A stretch of DNA of 62,759 nt, the filler included, from Sphacelaria rigidula (taxonomy: Eukaryota): assembly GCA_964200075.2 (NCBI GenBank). It is 6 parts of 6 records of this genome, joined end to end, with 100 filler letters (N's around TTAATTAATTAA, not from the genome) between each part and the next. Parts side by side here need not be neighbours in the genome. Positions count along the whole stretch, not along the records: positions 31,432 to 41,807 come from CAXNAA020006620.1; positions 41,908 to 52,283 come from CAXNAA020006621.1; 4 more parts are not named here. One strand, 5' to 3'. The translations under genes were made by a program, and so were the position numbers. The notes under the pieces are model-generated. The model was not told where the DNA came from. It saw only the letters and a program-made list of their open reading frames with translations, and did no database searches. Below, piece by piece: positions 36,401 to 49,196 of this stretch (positions are counted from its first letter, which is position 1; each line of letters starts with the position of its first letter).

Positions 36401-39400
36401 GTTGCCTGTCTAGCGAGGGTTTCTGTTCTTGTGCCCTGGCTACCTCCATCTTGCCATCACGGCTGGATTTGTGACCGATCAGAGATGTGATGCAATCACC
36501 GTAAAGTTTTCACGTCAATCTGACGACAAAACCCGCCCAACAAGGGGCAAATGGAAGTCCACGCCAGGTGTTGTACGTCGACATGTGAAAGTTGGACCAG
36601 TTACGACGTAAACCATGAAGACGGCCGCGGCTTGCTCACGGATATGCACAGACACAACACTAATCTATAGGTTAAGGAGGCACCGTCGGAGAGGATAGGT
36701 TCATCATCAGTCTCGATAGTACCTTCCGCTCCCTCCTCGCTCGTTGAAGACTGCGCCGCCATCTCCGCCGTAATCTCCGCCGCCTGCGTATAGCCCAAAA
36801 AAGCGCATCAAGATGGAGAGCTGATCAGCAAATGGTCGGAAACAATGCTTCATACCATAAATGGGGTGCCGACAACACTAGCGCTAACCCTAACCCCGAC
36901 CAGGGCATGCGAGAACCCTCAGGCATGGGAAGTGCAGAACGTGTCCTAGACAATGTGTGCGTTGGCAGACCTCATATCGGCGTCTGCGACACCTACTTTG
37001 ACAAAAACACGTCCTGGACGAACTAGGAGCACTTGGGACTGTCAGCCCCTCCGAAGACCGGAATATCGGTGTTTATATTAAAACCAAGATACAAGCATTG
37101 CTTCCGACCATTTGGTAATTTTTGCCGTCAGGACGACCACAGGAGGCATCATGCGTCAAGACAAGAACAAGAGACCAGTTCGAAAATTTCAAGTTTTACA
37201 CATGTTTCGTCTCGGATACATCTATGATGGGAGCACGCCTGGATTCCTAGGGGATCAGTTCAAGTTCGACAATCAATCAACCAACCAAACAAACACATGA
37301 GGGCGCCCTCGCTCTCATGAGTGGCTCATGAGGCTGACAACCTACTGTATCATGTGTGTTGAGTCATCACCGCGCTGTTCATCTTCAGTACCTACAGGCA
37401 CTTCGGCGGCACAGTGTGACTTGAACGACCAAACATTCCAGGCCCCCTGTTTCGTAGCTGTTACAAGAGTCCAAAATTTCGCAAACGCACCCTGATCGAT
37501 TGTAGTAACGAACGCACGGCCGCCAACGCACGATCAACTGCCCTCAGAGCAGGCGACTGTGGCAGCGTATGCCACAGCTCTAACGCAGCAGGCTACGCCA
37601 AATTTTCAGAGACCCGACAATCCCGAGCGTCCCCGTGGTGCATCAACTGGAAACCCACCTCTATAATGCCTTCACTCGGAAGCAAAAACGGTCCTCGGGA
37701 AACAGCGACGCTCATATCAATGTCTGGAGCTTACCTTTCTTTCCTCCGGGTAGTCTGAGCTCACTTGCTCTTCCCCCTGCACGACCCCCATCCACGGACC
37801 TAAGCCAGTCAACTCCGGCATTTTCTCGAGCGTCAGATAGAGCATCTTGCCGCCGTCGTCGAGTGATTCTTCACATCGCCATTCCCGACAAAAAGAGGTA
37901 GGAAGCAGTTGTGGTGAGTTGGAAGGGCAGACCCCAGAACAGTGCACGAACAACGGAAACCAGGGATGATCGTCTGTGCTGCGCAATTACGATTCCTGCA
38001 TAGTTCTGCTTCTCTCTGCACGCGTCACTAAGCTCCGCGTATAAAACAGACTTTCGGTCCTAGGCATCGCAAAGATACGGCGATCGATGTTCACCGTTTC
38101 TGGGGGGGCAAATTGCCCATTCTCGCCTCTCACAACAGCATAACGGTACTGTCGGCGCTCACCCATTGTCCAGTAGCTCCCATCCAGACGGACGAGTCCC
38201 CGTAGATCACCCTATCAGGAACATTTTGGCAGCGAAATGAAGCACAGGTCGTGGCGTGTGGCATGAAGCAGGCGCAGAGCGTGAAAGTCTCAGCAGTAAG
38301 TACCATATACAAGACACGCAGGTCACGCCGAGCTGTCCCACCAAGTCTCCAAGAAACACTCCACCAAGAGTTGTGCGATTTCGGCATGATGAAAGCAACA
38401 AGTTACCCTGCTAGTAGAAGACGATCTCCAAGCGTGCCAAGGTCCCCAGGATCTCGACCACATGAACAGTCAGGTCTGGGATGCACCTTATGGAGTGTAC
38501 GTTGTACGGGCCGGTATTTGGCAGCATTTTTCGATTTTCTACAGGAACAAAGCCCGTTGAACATGCGAAGAGCCCGAGACATGTGCGAGGCGACCGCCAG
38601 TGAGGACCACCATAATGTCATGTGACGTTTTTTTTTACACCCCATCACCATTTTGGCGCGACCTATTTGCAGGTGGGGTATGCAAGTAAGAGTGCGCAGG
38701 TCGCGAACGCCTCCAGAGCCAAATCCACAATAAACCCGGTTTAAAATCGGAATGCTGCATACACGAAAAAACAGTCAGTCGCACTCCACAGCAGTTTACA
38801 GCAGGGCAGGCAAGAAAGGATCTTGTCGTGGGGCAAGAGACCACATATGTCGGCGGCGATAAGCTCTCTAGTCGATTTTGACAAGCCAACAGTCGAATTG
38901 GGTTCTTGGTCAACCAAGCACTGCGCATGCTCGATTGGATGCTCTAAACACACCGACTATATACGCATCAGCCCCTTGCTACGGAGAATATCGTCTGTTG
39001 CACTGCTGTATTACAAGACACGACGCTGTCTGAACACTGTGCAGGCTATCGAGGCGGCAGCACAAGTAGTAGGAGTATTCCTGTATCGTACAACTTGTCA
39101 ACTGGACAGAGCACTGCAAGCCCTGTACAGTATAGTACTACTGTATTACTGTTGCCTATTGTCTGCTGTACAGAGTGTACAGTCCACACAGCAGACATCA
39201 GATAACATTACTTGTGCAATGGTGGTGTGATTTCACAAGTCCACTCCCTTCCTAGGGTGGATACGGCCGTGTGTCGTATCGTGTAGTACTCAGAGTTCCA
39301 CAGTATCCATGAACATGTCATCTGCCCGGGTACACTGTTTTCCCGCGCATTGGCTGCGGGGTGTGTGGACAGTTGTGGCTACGTAGTCGCACACACACAC

Positions 39401-40535
39401 ATGGCAGGATTGCGTTTGAACACTCAGCTGATGACCTGTTGTTCATGACGGCGTAGCATCAACATTCTTCTTGTTCTCTGAGAAATTGCCTCAAAGGTCC
39501 TTGAAAAAAACGATCCACTTGATTATTCCTGAAAAAATGTCGAGCAGAGAGAACTCATCGTCGCCTACTTTTGCAGCATCCTGCCCTAGTACGATAAAAA
39601 TATGTTCGGTTTTACTGCCGTGCTGTTAGCTGCTGTGGAGTACGATTGTTTCTTCGGATTTGGCTCTGGAGGCGTTTGCGACCTGCTCGCTCTTTTTTGC
39701 ATACCCCACCTGCAAACTGGTCGCTCCCACCAATATACACGGGGTGACTGAAAGTGCGTGGATTCTTGTTACCTCTATGACAGGTGCGTTCTCTTCCCTG
39801 AGAGCCAATTTAATGTGAGTCTTGCTCAGGTCCAGAGTGACAGACTTGCCCTTCGTCCAGGCAGGCATCCGCGCCTGCACATTCAGCTCCTTGTCCGTTT
39901 CCTGCCTGGAAGATAAGCCATATCCAGCGCAAGTACAGACAAGTGCTGCACGTGTGAATAGTACTTTGTTGTGCAGTGCAGTACCGTGCCTTACGAATAA
40001 GCAAGGGACCACTGTCGAAGTAACTTGCGGGGTAAGGATGAAACAAAAATCTACGGTGCAGACGAGCAGGCAGCACACAAGCAGGAGAGCGCTGCAAGTT
40101 GATTATTGAAAAATGCTACGTAGCAGAAGCGGGACACGGTCCTCGAGAGCAGTCCACAAAAGATGCTGTTCTCACTTGTGAGATACTGAAATAGTGGAAC
40201 GGCACGGAACGAACGCACGGGACGTACACGCACCATGAGTACCGATCCGTTGCACCTCCACCGTAACTCATTGCTAGAGGCTCTGCTCGGCGTGGTCGGC
40301 CTGTCCAAGCTTTTCCACCATGACGTCTTTTCAAGAAAACAGCCGTCTCTGTCTGCTGGTGCCGTAACCCCCCATTGACGACACATGTTGCTGGAGCGCA
40401 TCCGCGCGCTGGTCCATTAGAGCACCGCCGTTGAGGCTGGAATGCAGCTGCACCAGAACTCCACGGGATACCAGTGAAAGACGATGACGTAGGGATGAGT
40501 GTAAATAAGGCGAGAAGAAGCGCTGGCAAGGCCAT
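33414..40535 (-). CDS. Signal + transit peptide, CS (p23/NudC-like) domain, acidic linker, OTU-fold domain with Cys->Ala. Exons 40535-40234, 39905-39773, 38211-38163, 37868-37765, 36783-36640, 35485-35363, 34817-34680, 34369-34263, 33849-33766, 33510-33414
   Basis: ATG to TGA with nine phase-consistent GT-AG introns (the 36640 donor is the least certain). CS: RYSWQETDKELNV...IEGDLRGLVRLDGSYWTM...LYLTLEK...W. OTU: VPVNGNALFSAV, ELRKKAVDFL, EEYLVAMRDNTRWGGGPEVVALTHVLQRPIHVY, GNHFLALF. Confidence 0.88.
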
Positions 40536-41807
40536 GAGTCGAATTGCTGTGTTAGACGGGCTGCTCTTTCGTCGTGATCGCCGTCGATGTGAACTCCTCG
40601 ATTTGCGTGGAACATGAACGTGTTCAGACCCGTGGTCGGAACGAGATAATACCCCACCGAAATATCACACTAGCGCCTACACTAGCATGATAATTATCCC
40701 AATAGGAATCACACCTCAGGATATAATGACAAGGATTTTTCTTCAAAATACATCTGATACTATAATAACAACAAATCAAATGGCAGACATGGATGCGTTC
40801 TCAAAACTTCCTCAAAACAAGCTCGAAATCTTGTCGAAATGGCTCGGGTGATCCTGGTGGAGGATAACTAAGGTGTATCGTACACATGTGTTGATTCAAT
40901 TTGAATCTATCACGGCAGACGAGCAGCGATACACATGCTCATGTACCACGCGGGCTGACTGTTGATCGGACAGAATGCTGTTTGCGAAGACGATATTCCA
41001 TCAGGTATACACAAAGTTTATTATGTATCTTGTCCGCAGATGTCATACAGGTAGTAAGCACATTGCATACAGCTGAGGGTAGCACCGACCTGCATCATTT
41101 CCCTTTCTGTCGTACAACAGACAGTAGTATCACGAACATCTGGCTTTCGAATAACTCCGCTGCGCTGGCTCTCATGGTGCTATATCGGAAGCGTACATCT
41201 ACGTCGCCATGCATGAAGCCTAAATCCAGGCTTGGGGTAGCTTCCTTGTGAGGATGAATTCCTCTGAATTACCCTATGCTGCATATCGACAGCTGTTGTT
41301 TCCCTTGTCGCTTGGTGTGCATCGCCTTAGCGCTTACTGTGCGTCAGGATGTCCTTCATGCAACGTCAGATCTATACTGTTTTGTGTATATCTGTGTTGG
41401 TTTCACCCTCCAAACATGGTAAACATGCGGACGGATAGTGTTTGATCCACCAGATGGGTGAGTGCAGTAGCAAAGTCAAACAAAACTCAGGCCAGCGCAT
41501 TGTGCCACGTTTATGGAACCAATGAGGGTACACGAAGGATGACGTCCTGTTTGTGAGTGGTGCCGACTGCACCGTTCATCCAGTATTTTCCTGTGAAAAC
41601 GTTCAAAACCGCATGAGGTATGCGTCTTCATTAAAAGTTTGCCTCTGGATATTTTCAGGCCGCCATCAGGCGGTGTTTTAACGAAACGAGGAAAATGATT
41701 ATTTCGTGATAGTGATAGTGGAGCGACGGTTTACAAATTCATAATCGCGACCGTATCTTCTGAGGTTGGCAGTATGTACTCCCTTTCTTCTTTCTTTCTT
41801 CTTTCTT

Positions 41808-41907
41808 NNNNNNNNNNNNNNNNNNNNNNNNNNNNNNNNNNNNNNNNNNNNTTAATTAATTAANNNNNNNNNNNNNNNNNNNNNNNNNNNNNNNNNNNNN
41901 NNNNNNN
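41808..41907. other. Artificial linker N44-TTAATTAATTAA-N44
   Basis: Same spacer as 10378-10477. Confidence 0.97.
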
Positions 41908-43765
41908 CGCTGCATACTCCCTTGCACGTTCTCGGCAATTCCCAGCTACCGAAATCAGCTGCCTATATTCAGCTTTGTCATCCCCGTCCACAACATACAT
42001 GTGGACTGCACACTGCAAGTCATCGGCAGAGGTATACGCAGAATTCATGACGGTAGCTGCTCCTTTGTCTTTCCACAGCCTACCTGGATTTTGTGCCTCG
42101 TGAAAATGACCACATATGTACACTCCTTCCCGGTTTTTTCCGGTCCACCCTGTGTTGGTATAAATCACTACCTTTCAGTTTAGAATTGGGACCCAAAAAA
42201 CACTCCGGAAAAACTCGGGAACGGTATACTGAGTGCAATAAATACCATAAAACCAAACCGCGACCACCCTGCTCTTGGAAACCTTGGAAGGCTTATCTGG
42301 GCCAGGGATAGGGCCCCCATGCGATCTTTGCAGTGGCATCACACTCGACAACAATCCCCGTTTTGGTCGTTCGGGTCGGGTCGATAAATTTCGCCTCGCC
42401 ATGATTGGGCAGGTCGCTCGAAGACTCATTTTCAATTATTTCACTAACAGAGGGTCAACCCCGTGTTAGTGGGGGTCCGGTCCCAAAAGGGTTAACACGA
42501 ATTCTAATTTTTTCTATATTTTTTAGACCATTTCATTTCACTTTTTATGTATGGGATTTAGTAACCCCGCCCCCCCCAAAAAAACTCCAGGATTCAAAAA
42601 AGGGGCACAGGGTCTCTGATTGTTTTTTTGGACATTCTTGGATGAGATTCAAAGCCCATTCAAAGCGGTGAGCGATTCGAAAACCATTCATCTGTAATTT
42701 GCAGCAGCAGACTCACCGTGAGGAGAAGAGGATGCAAATAAGCCAAGGGTAGCAGCACGCGGAGATAAGAGCGCAAAATGATTCACGTCGGGACCCACAA
42801 GTACGCATGCACTTGAATTGTAAGCCATGGTGTACTGTGTATGTTGTGGTCGCGGTTCACCGTTTGCTTGCTATTTTTTATTCCAGATGTTGTGCTATGA
42901 AACGACAAACCTGGCATATATCCGCAATATCACCTCGAGGTGTAGTGGCCACGAGCACTGTACTGTACTGTCTGTACGTGTACTGTTGTCAGGTGCAGAC
43001 CCCAATTCTACTGTCATTTTGTTCGCCATCATGTAGGCATCTTTGTTATAAACTCACCACACTAAAAATGGTATGAACATAGCCGGTAACGGCCAACTTC
43101 AAATAAATTGGATAAACTGGAGTCCTCATCACCAGTTCCAGTTTAACTGCCAGTACAAACTGGTCCAGTTCACAGCCCTAGCAATATATGCTTGTTTTTC
43201 TACAAGTACAGTGAGCGTTGATATAGCTCTCACCAAAACGGTACAGCACTCTAAGTTCAAGTATACTAATGTGACGGATTCGTGCACCGAACTCGAAGTG
43301 ACTTTTTTCCGGTGACGAAAGCTCGCATAGGGGAATTGGTACTGTTTTTCGCGAGTTCCCAAAGGGTTAACGATTGCAAACAACATACGTGCTGTTCCTG
43401 TTCCCTGATCTACCCCACATCCTCAGAGAGTACACATCGAGCGCTTTTCGAAAATATGTTACATGTTCAGGTAAAATAAGACGGAATATAACGTTTGCGG
43501 TTGTCGCCGATTCTACCCCGCGTCAGTGTTGAGATATCGACTTGAAATTTGCACACGTGTCCGGAGGGGTAGCGCCAAGGTCTCCGACTTTTTGAACCGA
43601 TTGATTGAGGTCTCAATTTTCAAAAGTCATCCGGCAGTAATGAACATTTTTATATGACTTCATTTATCATTTTCCAGATAGCTCGGGATTAGAGAACTAG
43701 GTACGGTCCCCCCCCAGATGGTGTCCTTTCTAGTATGCTTCCGGACATGTGTGTGTAGTTTGTGG

Positions 43766-45150
43766 TCAAAACTCCAAAGTTGTTACGGGGAAACGTTCTG
43801 GTGGCGGTGCCACCAAATTTTCGTCGCCGAAACCGGCTTGTGAGTCTTGAGAGTCCTGGAGGACTGCGTTGACCGCGAAATGGGGTCTCGTTGAAGACGA
43901 TACTCTACCTTTCATGTCATGGAACAAGAAACAACTTATGCAGTTCAGCATCTCCATCATCAGGAGCATTTTAGCCCGACCAAACTTCATCTTTTTTGAC
44001 AGTAGGCCGCTTCTGAGATGCGCGAGAGCTCTGGTGTGCAACCCCGCGGCTCTTTGTGTGAATCAGACCGTGCGCAAATTATCCAGGATGCTGGATTTCT
44101 GAAACGACCAGGCCGGGACTTATCCAATACATGCGAACATTTTCATGCCCGCAGGCTAATAGAACACCGGTGTTTGGTGAGCTTTCTCGTGCAGTGGCGG
44201 TGAATGCCCACCCCTAAATACAGAATCGTCATGAACCACCAGGTGCAGTCGGTAGAATCTGGTGGTATCTGACTGTATCCTTGCCCATTCCGTGTGCCAT
44301 AACACACATCTAGTAGACCGCGCCGTGTCCACGCTTGTGGGGGCACGGGTTTCACTCTAGACCGTCGGCGTACTGTAGGCCAGATACGTACGTAGCTGGC
44401 ACGGTGTGAGTGTGTCGTGCGCTTTGTGGGTGCCCCGTGTGCTTTGGTACTGTGCGGGAGCCTGTTTTGCCCAGTAGCTGCAGGTGCTGCTGCTATATCA
44501 CATTCGCAGCCCATGTCCCTATGACGGGGTCGTTCTCGTGGGGATATTAACAATATGGCTGGTTGAGCTCACGTGGGCAGGCGTTTGGGGATTGAATCGT
44601 GCTGCAGTGGTCCGGTACACATGCCCTTCCACGATAGATGCCATGCACAGTTGCGCACTGTAGGAGCTGCCCAGCTGTTGGACATAAGCAGCTCTCGCTG
44701 CTGCCATCATCGACACGCCAAACGTTCACCAAGGCGTTCCCAGCATGAGCCACCTGGCTGTTTCCAGTTCTGGCGTCTCAAAAGATAGGGATAATACCTT
44801 CCTCGGGGGTACAGCGGCTCGTTGCTCGAAATAGTTCAGTGGGAATAACTCGTCAACGGGAGAGACGGTATTGCATTCCACCCTGGATCGAAACGCGTGG
44901 CCGTTACGGACCTTAACGTTACGTTTCTGTCCGAAGTGATATGTACTGCATAGTGCAGCTGTGTTTTGTTTCACATAATAATTCATTCGATAATTTGTGG
45001 AACATGGCAAACTATGCCGGTGCTACTTTCAAGGCTAATGTGTGTGACCGTGCTGTGTCAGGTGGACCGTGAAAGCCTTCATTTCACACAGAAGGTCTGT
45101 GCCATCTTCATGAACTGAACGCTGTACATGAAAACACGGTATGCATAGCC
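43766..45150 (-). mobile_element. Decayed Cys-rich coding relic, possibly a KDZ (Kyakuja-Dileera-Zisupton) type transposase
   Basis: Fragmented minus-strand frames include PCSTNYRMNYYVKQ (resembles the CxC5 C..Y..NY.V pattern) and VDDGSSESCLCP...C..H; many stops and frameshifts. Recognition is by eye only. Confidence 0.35.
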
Positions 45151-47464
45151 AACAGCTTCGTGTCATTTTTTCACGCCAGTTTTCAAGTGTACAGGATACC
45201 AAAAATATTTGGGGGCAAGAACGGCGACTTTATCCCTCACATCGCCCCCCTCTTCTTCGTCCCGTTCGTCTCGCCTTGTCGCTTAGCTTGTACCAGATGG
45301 TAGACAATCTTCGCCTCTCGCAACATGTCGTTGAAGACCCAAGAATCGAGGAATACTCCTTCTCCATCCCCTTTATGTCCCTCCCCGAACCTCCTTTGTG
45401 GGGTGTGGGGAATCTTTTTTATTTCTTTTTGACGATTTATTTCATCTCCGTATCTTCTCTTTTGCCGTTTTTTTATTTTATTGATTCACTGTTTGCTCCC
45501 TGTCTCTCTGTCTCTCCCCTCTCTGCTCTTGCAATCCGCAAAAGCTGCGATATAGCCCGCCGGACGATAGCATTTGCCAGTTTCTGGTGGGTGTGTGGAA
45601 ACGCAATTTGGAGTGGCGGGAGTTCGGCCCGGGTTTTCAACATCTGCGTACGAGGCAAGTGAGAGTCAAGCAAAACACCCAGTCGCGCTTTTTTCACCAC
45701 CATTTGATTTGATTGTGTTGTAGATACTCACGACAACTCGCAACGGTGAACATACCCGTTTATGCTCGTCCTGTGCCGACTTACTGTGCACGGGGAAGCT
45801 CTTCCTGTCTCCTCTTTTCCGTGTGGTAGCAAGGCTCGACGTGCTCGTCACAAGTTTTCGCGCCGATAGAATTGCATGCTAGACGCAACTTCCATTAGCT
45901 CCGAAAATTTGGTACAGCAGAGATTTATTTGCAACGACTGTGAGTATTGTTGCGTGTGGTTTTTGTAACGACTACTACTGGCTTTCTTCAAGATTTTCTC
46001 GCATATACCACGCTGTCATCGTCGACAGTAGTCTTTGGCTTTGTGGAGATTAATTTCGTATTTTTCAAGTTCAGGTTTATTTGCTTGAGCTTTTGTATGG
46101 CGCCCGTTGAAGCACGCTGGGTAGGTGATGGCGTTTGTTTTCTTCGCACGAAACGCGGGAAAAGCAAAAACATGTATCGGCCTGCGCAAAACTCGAAAAA
46201 ACTGTAAACGTGGTTGCCTGGGATAATTTCCCTCCAACAGCTCACAGAGGCTCCAAAGACAAGGTCATCTCCACAGGCGAATCAGAGATGCTCTGAAATC
46301 GTATGATGTTATGTGCTGCCGAGGCAGTACTCTACAACATAGGCATCACCAGCGGGGCACTCTGCGCTTTTTTCTGAACTCACGCCAGCCTTTCCCACGT
46401 ACTTTGCTGTTTGTTGCCTTTTCAATTTTCCCGACATGCTTGTGCCATGGTTGATCGTGTACATTGCACTTCATTCCAACGGCATGTCCACTGGCAATGC
46501 ATAACGAACAGCCTGTCCAAATTTCTGATTTCAACTCAGCCGTAGAGCAATGAGGCACATACGTTCCTGGCCTGAGTGTGTGACAGCATCTGTGTCGCAC
46601 TTACTACCCTTGCGTCTGTGACCGAACTACCTATCCCGCGTTCGCCGGCCGCCTTCCTGGACCAACCTGTCGTCAGCAGCAACTCGCTGGTGGTGATAGA
46701 AGACAATCAAGAGGCTGCCGTGGAGCCCGGCACCAGGTTCGTTTACAGTAGGTCGAACGTCACTAGAGGGGAATTGGAACTCATGATGGGCGCATGCCTC
46801 AATCGTTCACCACTGATCATGGGTTGATAGGTGGATCCGCTGATTTGTCTTACATGCATTGATCTGCTAAGAACCCAACGGCCGCATTTTGTAGAGCAAA
46901 GCTCGAGCACAGGCTGGTTTCATAAAAAGAGACACACGAACCGTTTGACGGAACTTGTTTCTATACGTACAACGCAGACTGGTAACTTTGAAGACATCCA
47001 CTTGATGACGAGAACAGAACAAGCCCAATGCCGTGGCATGATTTGACCGACGATGTCTTACCGTCTTGCAAGACAAAAAATAGATGGTTGAGCCCAAAAG
47101 CAGCCATTGGGCATGGATTTGCACCGAAGTTGTCATCGTCCAAGTCGTGAAACGTCGTGAAAATGACAAATCCCACAGAGCACACCCGCACAGACCCACA
47201 CACCTATACATACAGACACGCAATGGTAGTGCTGCATGTTTCTGTGTATAATACGTGAAGCTACACGTTTTGTATGGCACCGCGTGCGGAACGGTGGGAT
47301 AAAGAGTACCATCGGTAGTACAACCAGGAACGTAGGTTTGTTGCTCTTGGGGTACTATACGCGAGAATAGACTGGCGAATTTTCGTGCGAAAGCATGCAC
47401 TGATACCCGAGATCAATGCCGATGGCGTGAAGTTGTTCGCGCTTCCAACGGCTCCCCATATTAC

Positions 47465-47803
47465 TAGCTGGGCCAGCCTAGAGACGGATTTGAAGTTTGC
47501 AGGCCCATTCTCTTTTATAGATTTAGAGTTGGACCCCGAAATTTGGTATGGACAGTGCATAGGGCATAATAAAAAAATTACTGAGGTACCAAAATGTTTT
47601 TTTTTCATGAGTTAAGGGCATTTTACTGATACCTGCAAACCGGTTATTGCCTTTAACTCATGAAAAAAAAACATTTTGGTACCTCATTAATTTTTTTCAT
47701 CATGCCCTATGCATTGTCCATACCAAATTTCAGGGTTCAACTCTAAATGTATAAAAGAGAATGGGCTTGCAAACTTCAAATCCGCCTCTAGGCTGGCCCA
47801 GCT
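47465..47803. mobile_element. Fold-back MITE with about 150-bp arms
   Basis: AGCTGGGCCAGCCTAGAG.CGGATTTGAAGTTTGCA...GAGGTACCAAAATGTTTTTTTTCATGAGTTAA is mirrored at 47652-47803. Confidence 0.85.
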
Positions 47804-47871
47804 CGTACGGTAGAGCTCGGAAATGGTTGCTCTAACCATTAACCAGTACAGTGGTTGTGCGTAGCGCAACC

Positions 47872-47975
47872 ATTAACCCCTAGACCGAGATGCGGGTAGT
47901 ACATCCAGATCATCGATATTTTCAAGTGAAATTGATGCCGATTCAGCGGGTGACCAACCCTCGCGGTTAAAGGGT
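47872..47975. mobile_element. About 100-bp miniature element with piggyBac-like TTAA-CCC ends (second copy 50038-50143)
   Basis: TTAACCCYTAGACCG.GA ... CTCGCGGTYWAAGGGT in both copies, with shared internal TGAAATTGAT.CCGATTCA. Confidence 0.55.
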
Positions 47976-48943
47976 AGTCAGTTGACGGTTTCAACCCTTT
48001 GGGAACTAGACCCCCAGGGAGTGCTGATTTTTGTTTTGGTGAATCGGCATCATTTTCAGTCACTTTCAAGTCAAAATGATGCCGATTCACAAAGATTCAC
48101 AGAACAAGAATCAGCACTTGCGTTTCCAAAGGTTTAATAACGGTCTGGTCATCGAGCGGCGCAGCCGCACGCCAAAAAGCCCCCCCCCGCCCCCGGGAGA
48201 GGGGGCCCCGTCGGAGGTGCCCCGGAGGACCCCGCTAGAGGCACCGCGCCGCAGGCACATTTTTACGCGACTTGGCTTCACTAGAGCTGAAAAAATACGG
48301 GAAAATTGGGCAATAAAGCCGGTAACGGTACATGATAGTTTGAAACCATTATCCAAGATTTTCATGTACGCATTTTCATCACCATTACTACCATCATAAT
48401 GATCATGGCCAGTTATAACTGGTACCATTTCCGGGCTCTACTGACTGTACGGTAGTATATACGGTGTCACGTACTGTGTAGGTACTTCACCCCCGGAATG
48501 TTGTTTTTGATGCCAGGGAGAATTGATCTCTTCCAAACTTGCGACCAATGTATGACTCGTGGCTTTGCTGGCACTATTAATTCGTAATGAGAGGGAAACC
48601 GTCAGCGCTCGCTCTTACCGCCGAGGTAACCACACCCCATGCTCCCTCTCCAAGCTTCTGGCCGCGCTCATAGTTCTCCATGTTCTACTGACAGATAGCT
48701 CTGTTGCGTGCAACAATGCTGTGAACCCCCGTACGCCTTGGGCCGGCTGCGATCCAAGGTGCACAAAATGCACGAGCCAGGGATCAACTGCTTGGCTTCA
48801 CAGGCCCGCGGCGATGAACGCGTAAGGCACAGCTACCATGCACAATCCAATACTCCGTCTCGCCTAACGCCAAAGGCATGAACGTGGATCCAACCGGGTC
48901 AGTTCCCGTGATCGGTTTCGGGCCCAAATGTCATCTTCCATAG

Positions 48944-49196
48944 ATCTTGTGGGTGGTCTCCTCGACAGCCGACAGTCGACCCTTGTGCTTCCGTACCTAC
49001 TGTACTGACTGCGGTGCGTAAGGCTTTGCTTAGCATGTCGTTTCATACAAGTCTGGAAAGTAAAGGGTCGAGATCCTCGCCAGAGTTGCAGAGAACGTTG
49101 ATGGAAGATGATGCATTTCGGTTCGACGCCGCCTTCACAGCTGGAGAGTCGTTTCCCGAAAGATCCATCAGCAAGGCCACCATCAAGCGCACGCAG
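48944..49196 (+). CDS. Probable coding exon, possibly an N-terminal part of the PPR gene (separated from it by a linker)
   Basis: Acceptor TCTTCCATAG|, open frame ...SPELQRTLMEDDAFRFDAAFTAGESFPERSISKATIKRTQ, strong donor CAG|GTGAGG; a phase-compatible upstream donor GC|GTAAGG at about 48822. Confidence 0.45.
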
